Shown here: positions 9,183 to 19,100 of the stretch, piece by piece | Layout of the letters: every line of letters starts with the position of its first letter | Position numbering within the stretch: the first letter of the stretch is position 1 | Position numbers and translations under genes: made by a program | Notes under the pieces: generated by a model | Seen by the model: the letters and a program-made list of their open reading frames with translations, nothing else | Told to the model about the DNA's origin: nothing | Database searches by the model: none | DNA from: Bacteroidia bacterium | Lineage (GTDB): Bacteria > Bacteroidota > Bacteroidia > Bacteroidales > VadinHA17 | Direction of reading: 5' to 3' | Length of the DNA: 30,990 nucleotides | Assembly (NCBI GenBank): GCA_026391215.1 | Contig: JAPLDX010000062.1 | Coordinates: 1-30,990 of the forward strand

Positions 9183-10676
9183 ATGAAAGAAGATTCAAAG
9201 AACATTACACGCCGTTCCTTTATTGAAAGGACAGGCGCTGTTGCTGCAGGATTGACAATACTTCCGGGCTCGGTAATGAGTGGCTTTGGCCACAGGGCTC
9301 CCAGTGACAAGCTTAATATCGCTGTTGTTGGCATAGGAGGGATGGGCAATTCAAACCTGAAGAATGTAAAAGGCAGTGAGAATATTGTCGCACTCTGCGA
9401 TGTTGACTGGGGTTATTCAAAGAAAGTCTTTGCTGATAACCCTGGCGCTAAAGCTTACTGGGATTGGAGAAAAATGTATGATGAAATGGGTAAATCAATT
9501 GATGCAGTGATAGTTGCAACTGCTGACCATTCACATGCAGTCGTAGCCGCAAACGCAATGGCTATGGGAAAACATGTTTATGTTCAGAAACCATTGACTC
9601 ATTCAGTCTATGAATCAAGACTCCTTACCAAACTTACTGCAAAACATAAAGTTGCAACACAAATGGGTAATCAGGGCTCTTCTGCTGAAGGAGTCAATCT
9701 TACTATTGAATGGCTGCAAAACGGCGAAATTGGAGATGTGACAAAGGTGGAAGCATTTACCGACCGTCCTATATGGCCGCAGGGATTAAATGTTCCAAAA
9801 GGCGAGTGGGTTCCTGAAACCCTGGATTGGAATCTCTTTATAGGCCCGACAAAAATGCGTCCTTATAACAGCCTTTATACTCCATGGAACTGGAGAGGCT
9901 GGTGGGACTTTGGTACAGGTGCTCTTGGGGATATGGCCTGCCATATTCTGCATCCCGTATTCAAAGGGCTTAAGCTTCAGTACCCTATTAAAGCACAGGG
10001 AAGCTCTACATTGCTTCTTACCGACTGTGCTCCGAATGCCCAGATGGTTAAGCTGATTTATCCCGCCAGAGTTGCTCCTAAAAATGCAAAAATGAAATTA
10101 CCTCAGGTAGAAGTAACATGGTATGACGGCGGATTAGAGCCTCCGAAACCGGCTGGATGGCCCGCCGGCAAGAATATGAATGATGCAGGAGGAGGCGTTC
10201 TGTTCCACGGTACTAAAGACACACTGGTATGTGGATGTTATGGTGTTAATCCATGGTTATTGTCAGGACGTAAACCGGCTGCTCCGCAAACCGAAAGAAG
10301 AGTTGATAAAGCTATGATGGGCGGACATGAAATGGATTGGGTGCGTGCGTGCAAGGAAAGCCCGGAAAACAGAGTTGAGGCTAAATCCAACTTCTATGAG
10401 GCAGGTCCTTTCAACGAAATGGTTGTAATGGGAGTACTTGCTGTAAGACTACAGGGCCTTAACAGGGAACTCGAATGGGATGGTGAAAAGATGGAATTCA
10501 AAAACATTGGTGCTGATGATAAGGTAAGACTTACTATCTCAGATAATTTCACTATTGTTGATGGTGATCCTAAGTTTAACAGACCGAATCTTACAATAAA
10601 TGCAAGAGAATTTGCATCCGAAATGATCAAACACACTTATCGTGACGGCTACTCATTACCTGAGATGCCTGCATAA
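9183..10676 (+). CDS. Tat-exported Gfo/Idh/MocA oxidoreductase (probable glycoside 3-dehydrogenase, BT2158-like)
   Basis: ITRRSF twin-arginine signal, GIGGMG Rossmann motif, ATADHSH, VQKPLTH, QMGNQG and WRGWWDFGTGALGDMACH. Flanked by DUF1080 genes. Confidence 0.9.
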   Translation: MKEDSKNITRRSFIERTGAVAAGLTILPGSVMSGFGHRAPSDKLNIAVVGIGGMGNSNLKNVKGSENIVALCDVDWGYSKKVFADNPGAKAYWDWRKMYDEMGKSIDAVIVATADHSHAVVAANAMAMGKHVYVQKPLTHSVYESRLLTKLTAKHKVATQMGNQGSSAEGVNLTIEWLQNGEIGDVTKVEAFTDRPIWPQGLNVPKGEWVPETLDWNLFIGPTKMRPYNSLYTPWNWRGWWDFGTGALGDMACHILHPVFKGLKLQYPIKAQGSSTLLLTDCAPNAQMVKLIYPARVAPKNAKMKLPQVEVTWYDGGLEPPKPAGWPAGKNMNDAGGGVLFHGTKDTLVCGCYGVNPWLLSGRKPAAPQTERRVDKAMMGGHEMDWVRACKESPENRVEAKSNFYEAGPFNEMVVMGVLAVRLQGLNRELEWDGEKMEFKNIGADDKVRLTISDNFTIVDGDPKFNRPNLTINAREFASEMIKHTYRDGYSLPEMPA

Positions 10677-10691
10677 TTTATTTTATTTATG

Positions 10692-10724
10692 GCAGTGACG
10701 CGATGATTCACGTCACTGCTTTTT
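10692..10724 (+). terminator. intercistronic hairpin / intrinsic terminator
   Basis: GCAGTGACG-10 nt-CGTCACTGC followed by TTTTT, 15 nt after the stop at 10676. Confidence 0.7.
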
Positions 10725-10746
10725 CTAACATAAACAATTATCTATT

Positions 10747-11469
10747 ATGAAACTAGTAAACATACTTTTATCAATTGTTCTGATAATGGGAATTACATCA
10801 TGTGCAACCACCAGCAAGACAAAAACCAAAGATGACGGCTGGGTAACCATATTTGATGGCAAAACCACAACAGGCTGGCGCGGATATAACAAAACCGCAT
10901 TCCCTGAAAAGGGATGGGAAGTTGTTGACGGAACCCTGCATTGTATTGGTTCCGGAGCTGGCGAGGCAGGTGGTCAAGGCGGTGATATCATTTATGATAA
11001 GAAGCTGAGCAACTTTGAGCTTGAACTTGAATGGAAGATATCGGAAGGCGGAAACAGCGGTATATTCCTGCTTGGACAGGAGATACCGGGTGTGCCAATT
11101 TATGAATCTGCACCCGAAATGCAGATACTTGATAATGACAAGCATCCCGATGCCAAGCTTGGCGTCAATGGAAACCGCATGGCCAGCTCATTGTATGATC
11201 TGATACCTGCTGTACCGCAGAATACAAAGCCTGTTGGTGAATGGAACAAAGTCGGAATTCTCTGTTACCAGGGCACTGTCGTCTTTAAATCGAATGGCGT
11301 CAATGTTGTTGAGTTTCATCTCTGGACAGACGCCTGGAAAAAAATGTGCGCCAATTCCAAATTCAAAGACTGGGAGATGTTCGTTAATACCGCCAAGGAA
11401 GGCTATATAGGACTCCAGGACCATGGCAACGATGTATGGTTCAGGAATATAAGACTGAAACTGATGTAA
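10747..11469 (+). CDS. DUF1080 3-keto-glycoside hydrolase/lyase family lipoprotein (BT2157-like)
   Basis: Lipobox-like ITSC. GWVTIFDGK, NFELELEWK, GGNSGI, PEMQILD, SLYDLIP, GEWN and LQDHG..VWFRNI. Confidence 0.9.
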   Translation: MKLVNILLSIVLIMGITSCATTSKTKTKDDGWVTIFDGKTTTGWRGYNKTAFPEKGWEVVDGTLHCIGSGAGEAGGQGGDIIYDKKLSNFELELEWKISEGGNSGIFLLGQEIPGVPIYESAPEMQILDNDKHPDAKLGVNGNRMASSLYDLIPAVPQNTKPVGEWNKVGILCYQGTVVFKSNGVNVVEFHLWTDAWKKMCANSKFKDWEMFVNTAKEGYIGLQDHGNDVWFRNIRLKLM

Positions 11470-11482
11470 TTTAGGAGTTCAG

Positions 11483-11622
11483 GTACTCACCCCCTTCTTT
11501 TCCCCCTCTCTGCTGAAGCAAAGAGGGGGAATTGTTTTAGTATAGTATTGAAATTCAGTAATATATCAGATATACTCCCCCTTCTTTGCTTCAGCAGAGA
11601 AGGGGGCTGGGGGGATGAGTAC
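11483..11622. repeat. REP/REPIN-like nested inverted repeat between convergent genes
   Basis: Two arms of about 48 bp (11483-11530 and 11576-11622) in inverted orientation. They share GTACTCA ends and an exact 18-bp core TCTCTGCTGAAGCAAAGA (11507-11524 / 11583-11600). Each arm is itself a hairpin. The spacer is 45 bp and AT-rich. Confidence 0.8.
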
Positions 11623-11661
11623 ATGAAGATAAGGAGACGTTAATAGATTAGCATTTTTATA

Positions 11662-12252
11662 TTAACCCTGAGTGGTAGAAACTCCTTTTAACCCTATATC
11701 TTCCGCAACCTCCCGCATTCCCATAATACAATCGGCTATAAGGTCATCAAGGCTCATTCCGAGCATAGCAGCACCCTTTTCAATAACCGATCTGTCAACA
11801 CCGGCTGCGAATCTCCTGTCATTCCATTTCTTTTTTACTGATCTTGCTTCCATATCCATAACACTTCTGGATGGCCGTACCAGGGCACTGGTTGTAACCA
11901 GACCGGTAAGTTCATCAACAGCGTATATTGTCTTCTCAACAAGCGTAATGGGTTCAATATCAGTGGCAAGCCCCCAGCCATGACTCAGGACAGCCCTGAT
12001 ATACTCTTCCGGCCAGTTATTCTGTTCCAGTATCTTTTTTGTCATAATACAATGCTGATCCGGATACTTTTCATAATCAAGATCATGGATCAGTCCAATG
12101 ACTCCCCATTTCTCCTCGTCCTCACCTGCTTTCCTCGCCATATATCTCATCACACCTTCAACTGCGAGAGCATGCTTCAGCAAGCTTTCAGAGCTGTTAT
12201 ATTTTTTAAACAGCTCAAAGGCTGCTGCCCGGGTAGGAATTTCAGTTGTCAT
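11662..12252 (-). CDS. HD-superfamily (HDIG-type) hydrolase, COG2316-like
   Basis: KHALAVE, GLIHDLDYE, H..., AVLSHG, AVDELTGL and SVKKKW...FAAGVDR. Confidence 0.85.
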   Translation of the reverse strand: MTTEIPTRAAAFELFKKYNSSESLLKHALAVEGVMRYMARKAGEDEEKWGVIGLIHDLDYEKYPDQHCIMTKKILEQNNWPEEYIRAVLSHGWGLATDIEPITLVEKTIYAVDELTGLVTTSALVRPSRSVMDMEARSVKKKWNDRRFAAGVDRSVIEKGAAMLGMSLDDLIADCIMGMREVAEDIGLKGVSTTQG

Positions 12253-12270
12253 CGTCAGATATATGTTTTC

Positions 12271-15200
12271 TCACTCTTTTGTTTTTATAACTGGAACTGT
12301 CCTTGATACACCCGGGAAATCGATTCTCAGGTAGTAAACAGATGGCACCAGCATTCCGCCATTCATGGTTATCTCATTCACTCCCTTATTAACCGGCTTT
12401 TCAGAATCCAGAACTTTCTTCCCTGTTGAAGTATAAAGGGTAAAGCTGGCTGTACCTGCTACATCTGAATTGATTATAATCTTAAGCTCACCGGTGAATG
12501 GATTAGGGAATACCAGAAGAGGTTCATCAATGGTAGTATGCTCAATTTTGGTCTTCAACGTGTCATTAAGCGGGTAATCATCAGCGTTGCCGTAACCGTA
12601 AATAGTCATATTGTATATACCGTAACGCGAGAAATCAGCTTTGGTATTGAAAGTCACTGCTACTGAATCTCCAAAGGGGATCAGAAGATTTTGGAAATAC
12701 TGCTTAACGGGTGAATCATTATTGATCTTATATGCCAGATTAAAGCCCCTTATGGTATCGGGTCCGGCATTTATGAGTTTTAGCGTTACAGACTCCTTAC
12801 TTATATTGTCCTTTTGCACAGGAGCAATAATTCTTGCTGCTACAAGATCCCGTCTTACATACCTTACGGACCCTTGTCCGGCAAAATCGATCATATCAAT
12901 CATGGCACCATCAGTTCCATGTGTAACTGATGCATCCTTCTTGTAGATCCATTCCATCTTATTGTATCCGGCAGGGACAGCAATCACTTTCTTTTCCCAT
13001 CCAGTATCACCTGATTTTTTATATATTTCTTTATCATTCAGCTTAAACAAAAGGAAATCATAGCTTAATTCTGAAGAGACCTTCTGGAAAAACTTCAGGG
13101 AATCGGCTTCCGTATAATAGGACTTGATTGATAAGACAGTTGACGAGTTATGTGAGATAGCACCGGAACGTGCAGATGAAACACCATCGTAGGAATCTGT
13201 TGCGGTTATGACCCATGGCACCTTACTAATATTGAGCCATGGGAATATTTTAAATGATGCAGATTCAAAAGATTCTCTGATCTGGCCTACCCTGAAGGAA
13301 AATTCCTTGTTAACAAAATATGGATCGCAGTCAAGAATTACAGACAAATAAACTGTTGCTCCGGAACCGGCATATTCTGATATTTTTACTGATACAGGTA
13401 TGCTGGTGATTTCCCCGTATTCAAGGTTACCTGATTTAACGCTTGGCTCAAGGACAGTAATTACAGTGTCAGTGCTTGAAATTCTGAACATGCCTGAAAC
13501 ATTGCTGCTCCCTTCGTTTCTGACATGGAAAACAAGCTGGATTGTCTCACCCTGATCAGCAATATCATCGCCATTGCCGGTTTCCCCATCGTCGAGGAGA
13601 AAGTTAACGATATCCAGGTTTGGAGCATGGGCGGTTATATCAATTTTATAGAGTTTTTCTTCATTGTTGTCCTTCAGAATCAGATCCAGTGTTGCTCTGC
13701 TCATATCGGGAACTCTGTCGGAAATTGTAAATGACAGGTCATCGTTCAAAATAATTTCGGAACCTCCGGCCAGTGTCCCGATCATCACTGAATCGGTGTT
13801 TATTGTGATCCATCCGGAAGAAGAGGAGATCCTGGCATACAGGTTTTCAGCGCTCGCCATACCGAGATTGCTTACTGTCAGATCAAGGTTGATTGTCTCA
13901 CCGAAATCAGCCATTCCGTTATTGTTTTCAGCGCTGTCGTTCAATCCTGATTTTGTCAGGTTGACAAACTCCCCGCTGATATCAGAAAAGTAGATTATCT
14001 TAATGACTGGTATCTTGTTTTGTCCTGTAATTACAAGCAGACAGGAATCTTCTGATAATCCGGGCATATCGAGTGTCACAGAACCTGAAGGGCTTGCATG
14101 CGATGCATCCCAGAGTGTATCAGAATGAGATATGGCTGCATACGAGAAAGGATCAGCAGTGAATGACCATGATCTGATGTTATTCGGCAGTGTATCCGGC
14201 AAAGAAATATTAAATGTGCCGGGAGTACCGATAATAGGTATCACACTGGGATCTCCGACGAGGTTATATATTTCCCAGTAGTATTTCTTCCGTGAAGTTG
14301 TACTGGCGCTTACAGCCAGATTCCCGGCATGGATTACCTGACCCATGGTGATACGCCAGTCTGCCGGGGATTCTCCGTGCGTATGGAAGAGCCGGTCATA
14401 AGCTCCAAGCCCTGTAGTCTCATAAGCCGGATCGGCAGAGGGAGTTCCCAGGCCGACAGACCAGTAAAAATCCTCACTCCAGTATGTATCGTTAGACCCT
14501 CCAATACAACCAAGTGCACCCTTCTTGTTTGTTGTATCCCTAACTACCCATTTATTTGCGTAACAGTCTTTTAATTCAAAACTTGATGTCTGGCATGCAT
14601 TACTGATCACGAAAGGATACATGTTTTTATTTTTTAAAGTGTCAGTAACATTAACAGGTACATTTATCCATCCACTGGTAGTTCCATGTCCGGTATAATT
14701 AAGGAATGATATTCCTTTATTAATTATTTTTTCTAGTGAATCTCCTCCAACTGCCTGTTTATTGTAAAAATGATATTCCTTAATATTGTTTTCAGTAGTT
14801 AGATAATTTGTTATGGCATATTTTATCTGGCCGTTCATATAATTAGCATAGCCATCATCGTACCCCGCTGTAGCAACAGCATAATTATAGAACTTATTGG
14901 CATCGGCAAATTCAAACTTTTCGTATTGGATTATTTTTTTTACTATGGTTTTAAGTTCATTTGTGTCTGCAACAGGCAATCTGCCTATGAACATTTCAGG
15001 AATATAATCGCCATTCCCGTTAAACTCACCGTAATACATATCAGTAACATTACCTGTGCCGTAGTATGGTATTTTTGCTACGCTTCCAATAATCAGAAGG
15101 TACTCCGGTGGAGGATTATCCGCAGTGGAAGCGAGGTAAATGCTCTTTATGGTGTCCCTGAGTTCAGTATATGTATTTCCTGCAAAAGCGGCTCCTTTGT

Positions 15201-16041
15201 ACAGTATCTCAAGCTTATATCCCTTCTGTGTTTTCCATCTTATAAACGGTTCAAGATATTTTTTAAACGCCGTATCTGTGAGAATGATCATTCTTGCAGG
15301 CTTTTCAGTATATCCGGGTATGACTTCACCCGGATCGTAGTTCAGAATGGCTTTGCTGAATGTTTCCCGGAACAGAGGCGATTCGGTAAATAAAGTCTTT
15401 GTCCCGGCATCTCCTGAGGGTGTGAAGATTATTTCGATCTTCATTGAGGTAATGACCTCAAGGATATTGGATCCGGGATTATAGAGCACCGGGGAAATGT
15501 AAATTGTAGCAAGGTTCAGCTGCCTGGCTTTTCCAAGCCATTCAATCCTGACTGTATCAGACTTTATGAATTCACGGCTGGCATAGAGAGTTTTGTCAAT
15601 TCTGAAAACGGGTTTTTGTTTCTGTGGCTCTTTTGTTTCACCTTCCTGTGCCGGGAACAGTACTCCCTCTATTCTCTCCTTTCCAGGCTTTATTCTTGAT
15701 GTTCTGACATCAGTGATTTTAATCTTATAAGAATACCCTTCCGGGATAGTTATCAAACGGCTCAAAACAGGTAATTCGGGTTTCCCGGGTTCATAACCAG
15801 GTGTATGACCAGGTATTGCTACCTTATAATACGTGCCATTGTCATTGTTGATATTTTCGAGATATAATTCTGGTACTGAGTAGTTTATAAGGAGCGAGTG
15901 ATCTGTTGAAACTACATTATTATCCTGTAAATCACTGTCAAACACATACTTGTGACTTTTCCCCGGCTGGCCTGCGGCCATGGAATAAAAAATAATAAGA
16001 AAAACCGGTGCTATTACCCGTTTATTTATTCCTAAATACAT
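12271..16041 (-). CDS. gingipain-like C25 cysteine peptidase with propeptide, Ig-like domains and T9SS C-terminal sorting domain
   Basis: Signal peptide, propeptide motif PGKPELP, WKTQKGY, YLLIIG, PEMFIGRLP, catalytic NYTGHG and SNACQT, YNLVGDPS, and a C-terminal VFPNPF...YYLRI...VIK T9SS signal. Confidence 0.92.
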   Translation of the reverse strand: MYLGINKRVIAPVFLIIFYSMAAGQPGKSHKYVFDSDLQDNNVVSTDHSLLINYSVPELYLENINNDNGTYYKVAIPGHTPGYEPGKPELPVLSRLITIPEGYSYKIKITDVRTSRIKPGKERIEGVLFPAQEGETKEPQKQKPVFRIDKTLYASREFIKSDTVRIEWLGKARQLNLATIYISPVLYNPGSNILEVITSMKIEIIFTPSGDAGTKTLFTESPLFRETFSKAILNYDPGEVIPGYTEKPARMIILTDTAFKKYLEPFIRWKTQKGYKLEILYKGAAFAGNTYTELRDTIKSIYLASTADNPPPEYLLIIGSVAKIPYYGTGNVTDMYYGEFNGNGDYIPEMFIGRLPVADTNELKTIVKKIIQYEKFEFADANKFYNYAVATAGYDDGYANYMNGQIKYAITNYLTTENNIKEYHFYNKQAVGGDSLEKIINKGISFLNYTGHGTTSGWINVPVNVTDTLKNKNMYPFVISNACQTSSFELKDCYANKWVVRDTTNKKGALGCIGGSNDTYWSEDFYWSVGLGTPSADPAYETTGLGAYDRLFHTHGESPADWRITMGQVIHAGNLAVSASTTSRKKYYWEIYNLVGDPSVIPIIGTPGTFNISLPDTLPNNIRSWSFTADPFSYAAISHSDTLWDASHASPSGSVTLDMPGLSEDSCLLVITGQNKIPVIKIIYFSDISGEFVNLTKSGLNDSAENNNGMADFGETINLDLTVSNLGMASAENLYARISSSSGWITINTDSVMIGTLAGGSEIILNDDLSFTISDRVPDMSRATLDLILKDNNEEKLYKIDITAHAPNLDIVNFLLDDGETGNGDDIADQGETIQLVFHVRNEGSSNVSGMFRISSTDTVITVLEPSVKSGNLEYGEITSIPVSVKISEYAGSGATVYLSVILDCDPYFVNKEFSFRVGQIRESFESASFKIFPWLNISKVPWVITATDSYDGVSSARSGAISHNSSTVLSIKSYYTEADSLKFFQKVSSELSYDFLLFKLNDKEIYKKSGDTGWEKKVIAVPAGYNKMEWIYKKDASVTHGTDGAMIDMIDFAGQGSVRYVRRDLVAARIIAPVQKDNISKESVTLKLINAGPDTIRGFNLAYKINNDSPVKQYFQNLLIPFGDSVAVTFNTKADFSRYGIYNMTIYGYGNADDYPLNDTLKTKIEHTTIDEPLLVFPNPFTGELKIIINSDVAGTASFTLYTSTGKKVLDSEKPVNKGVNEITMNGGMLVPSVYYLRIDFPGVSRTVPVIKTKE

Positions 16042-16042
16042 C

Positions 16043-16062
16043 AGTGTTAATTAATTAACGCT
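16043..16062. promoter_or_regulatory. palindrome directly upstream of C25 start (possible operator)
   Basis: AGTGTTAATTAATTAACGCT, with a perfect 14-bp core GTTAATTAATTAAC at 16046-16059. Low complexity. Confidence 0.3.
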
Positions 16063-16192
16063 GTCCCCTAAATTCTGGTGGCAAGTTATTAAATTTTCAA
16101 TATATAACGAAAGTGCCAATAATAAATTTGATTAAAATAATAAGATTAGTATTTTTATAGTTGATTTGTTAGATAAAATAACAAATGAGTTT

Positions 16193-19100
16193 ATGAAAAG
16201 GTTCGTGATCGTTTGTTTTCTTGTTACATTATTATTTAATCTGACGGGGCAGGTTAATAAATATGGTGTTCCGTTTGTAAAAAATTACTCAACACAGATT
16301 ACTCAGGGATCGGAACAAAACTGGTGTATCGCCAGAGATGCTTTCGGGAATATGTACTTTGGAAACCAGGATCGCGGTGTTATATGCTATGACGGGACCA
16401 AATGGTCAAGCATTCAGATAAAGGATAATCCAAGGATCTACTCACTTGCTGCTGATAAAAGGGGAATAGTTTATGTGGGAGGAGCATTTGAATTCGGATA
16501 TCTCCATCCTTCTGAAAAAGGAACGACAGAGTATGTTTCTCTTTCAGAACGGATTGACTCAGTTCCTAAGATTCAGGTTATATCGTCTATAGAGGTACAG
16601 GATAATAAAGCCTTATATCTGGGTCCCAGGTTTATTTTTATTTACAACACTGAAAATGACTCTCTTTCTGAAATTGACCTGGTACAATATGGTATCACAG
16701 ATGCATTGAGGCTTGTAAAGATCAATGACAGACTGATAATAGCAGACAATACCAGTGGTATTTTTGAGCTGAAGGGCACGACAATTTCTCCGTTAAAGGG
16801 AGGCGATTTTTTTAAAGCGAAACCATGTACGGTCGTTTTACCATTTGATGAAAGCAGGATGCTGATTGGAACTTATTTTGAAGGATTGTTTCTCTATGAT
16901 TATAACAGCGGAACTGTGCGGAGCAACTTCATTGATGAACATCTGAACGCAAAGTTTAAAACAGCAAATATCTATGCCGGTGCAAAGATAAGCAATGACC
17001 TTTTTGCTATCGGAACCACCAACCAGGAAGGAGTACTTGTCTTTAATAAATCGGGTGAGCTGATCTATCAGCTCACTAAAGAGACAAGTGGCCTGGTTGA
17101 TGATGCAGTTTATGCTATGTATAGTGATTATCAGAGCAATTCAGAGCTGTGGATCGCCACTTACGGATTTCTGAACAAAGCCTATTTCAATGTCCCGATT
17201 ACTATATTTGGCGAAAAACAGGGAATAGATTATGGCGTCAATGATATAGCTGAATTTCAGGGGAAAATCTATTTGTCCTATGATGCCGGGATTCTTGAAA
17301 CTTATACTGATAACGAGAATTTCTTACGATTCAGAAAAGTTCCGCAAACAGACGGTCAATTTTTTCCGCTGGAGCTCATTAAAACAAGTCATAGCGAATT
17401 TTTGCTCACAGGTTCTCTGGACGGAGTGTTGCAAATTCTTGATAAAGATGTTGTCCTGGAGGTTGAAAAAAACATTAAAAATCTGCCAAAATCTGATCCC
17501 AGAAAATATAATACGAAAAAGATACTTCAATCCTCCATTGACAGGGATATTGTTTTCCTTGGCACAGAAGCGCACGGCATTACAATCCTGAGAGATGAAG
17601 GCAGCCACTGGTCTTATATAAACAGAATAAAAGGATTCACTGGTTCAGTATCAAGCATGGTAGAAAAGGAAGAAGGAGGATTATGGTTCATTTCGGATGA
17701 TCCTTCAGCATTATTCAACCTGACATTTAGTGGAAATGATACTTCTTATATCAGATATGGTATTGAAAAGGGAATCCCGGAAATCGAAATTTCTTCCGTT
17801 TACATGGTAAATGATAAGTTATATGTAACAACCGCTTCAGGCCTTTTGAGATATGACAAACAAAACGATACATTTATCAGCGACAACAGTCTTACAGGAG
17901 GTTATTCAGAAGGGAAGATTTCCAGGAATCTCTTTCTTGACGGGGAAGGTGATATCTGGTACAGCGGGACTGATAAGAAAAACGTTGAAATGCTTTTCAG
18001 AAATTCATCAGGAGAGGCAGCAGGTTACCAGGGTGACCTTAACCTCCTTCCCAATGTACCTTCAATGGATATTCTTTTCACTGGCAACAAAACATACCTC
18101 ACTCAGTCCAAAAACTTCATAGTCCTGGATAAAGCCAGATTACTGCCTGATTCAACAAAAGTAAATACCCGCTTTACTTCAATAACTGTTGGAACTGATT
18201 CGGTTATTATGACAGGTACTTTTCATTCACATTTAGATGAAAAAAGGAGAGTGCCGGAAATTTATTATTCCTCCAGTACCGTGCCTCAGTACAGCTATGA
18301 TATGAATCAGATTACTTTTGAATGGACCACACCATATTTTATTGAGGAGCTGCTTACAGAATACAGCTGCAAGCTTGAGGGATATGATAAAGACTGGTCA
18401 AAATGGGAAGGTATTTCATTCGGTTACAGCAGCGAAGCAATATACTCCAAAAGAGAATATCCAAAACTTCCATACGGACATTATACTTTCAGGGTAAGGA
18501 GCAAAACGCTGACCGGGCTGACCGGGAATGAGCTTAAATATGAGTTTGTCATCAATAAACCATGGTATGCTACAATCCTTGCATTTTTTGGTTATGCACT
18601 GGCTGCAATTCTGGCAATATGGGGATTAATAAGCTATTATACCCGCAGACTTAAAAATGAAAACATCCGTCTTGAAGGCATTGTCCGTGAACGTACCGCC
18701 GTAGTTGTAAAGCAGAAAGAAGAGCTGGAATCAAGCATACATTATGCAAGCCGAATCCAGATGGCGCTGCTTCCTTCTCAAACCATCCTGACCGACAATA
18801 TAAAGGAAAATTTTGTTCTCTTCAGGCCGAGAGACATAGTAAGCGGTGATTTCTACTGGATGACTAAGAAAGGAGATAGGCTTTATATAGTTGCCGCCGA
18901 TTGTACCGGTCATGGAGTTCCGGGTGCCTTTATGAGCCTTCTCGGAATGTCGTTCCTCGATGAGATAATCGATAGGGAATTAGCCCCGCGTGCCGACGTA
19001 ATACTCAACCAGTTAAGACTTCATGTAACTGAATCATTAAAACAGTCGGGCGGTGACGATGAAGCAAAAGACGGAATGGATATGGGATTACTGGTATTAG

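Noticed and set aside
11483-11622. Possible CRISPR mini-array or tRNA
   Set aside because: There are only two units, inverted rather than direct, with no cas genes and no cloverleaf or TTCG T-loop pattern.
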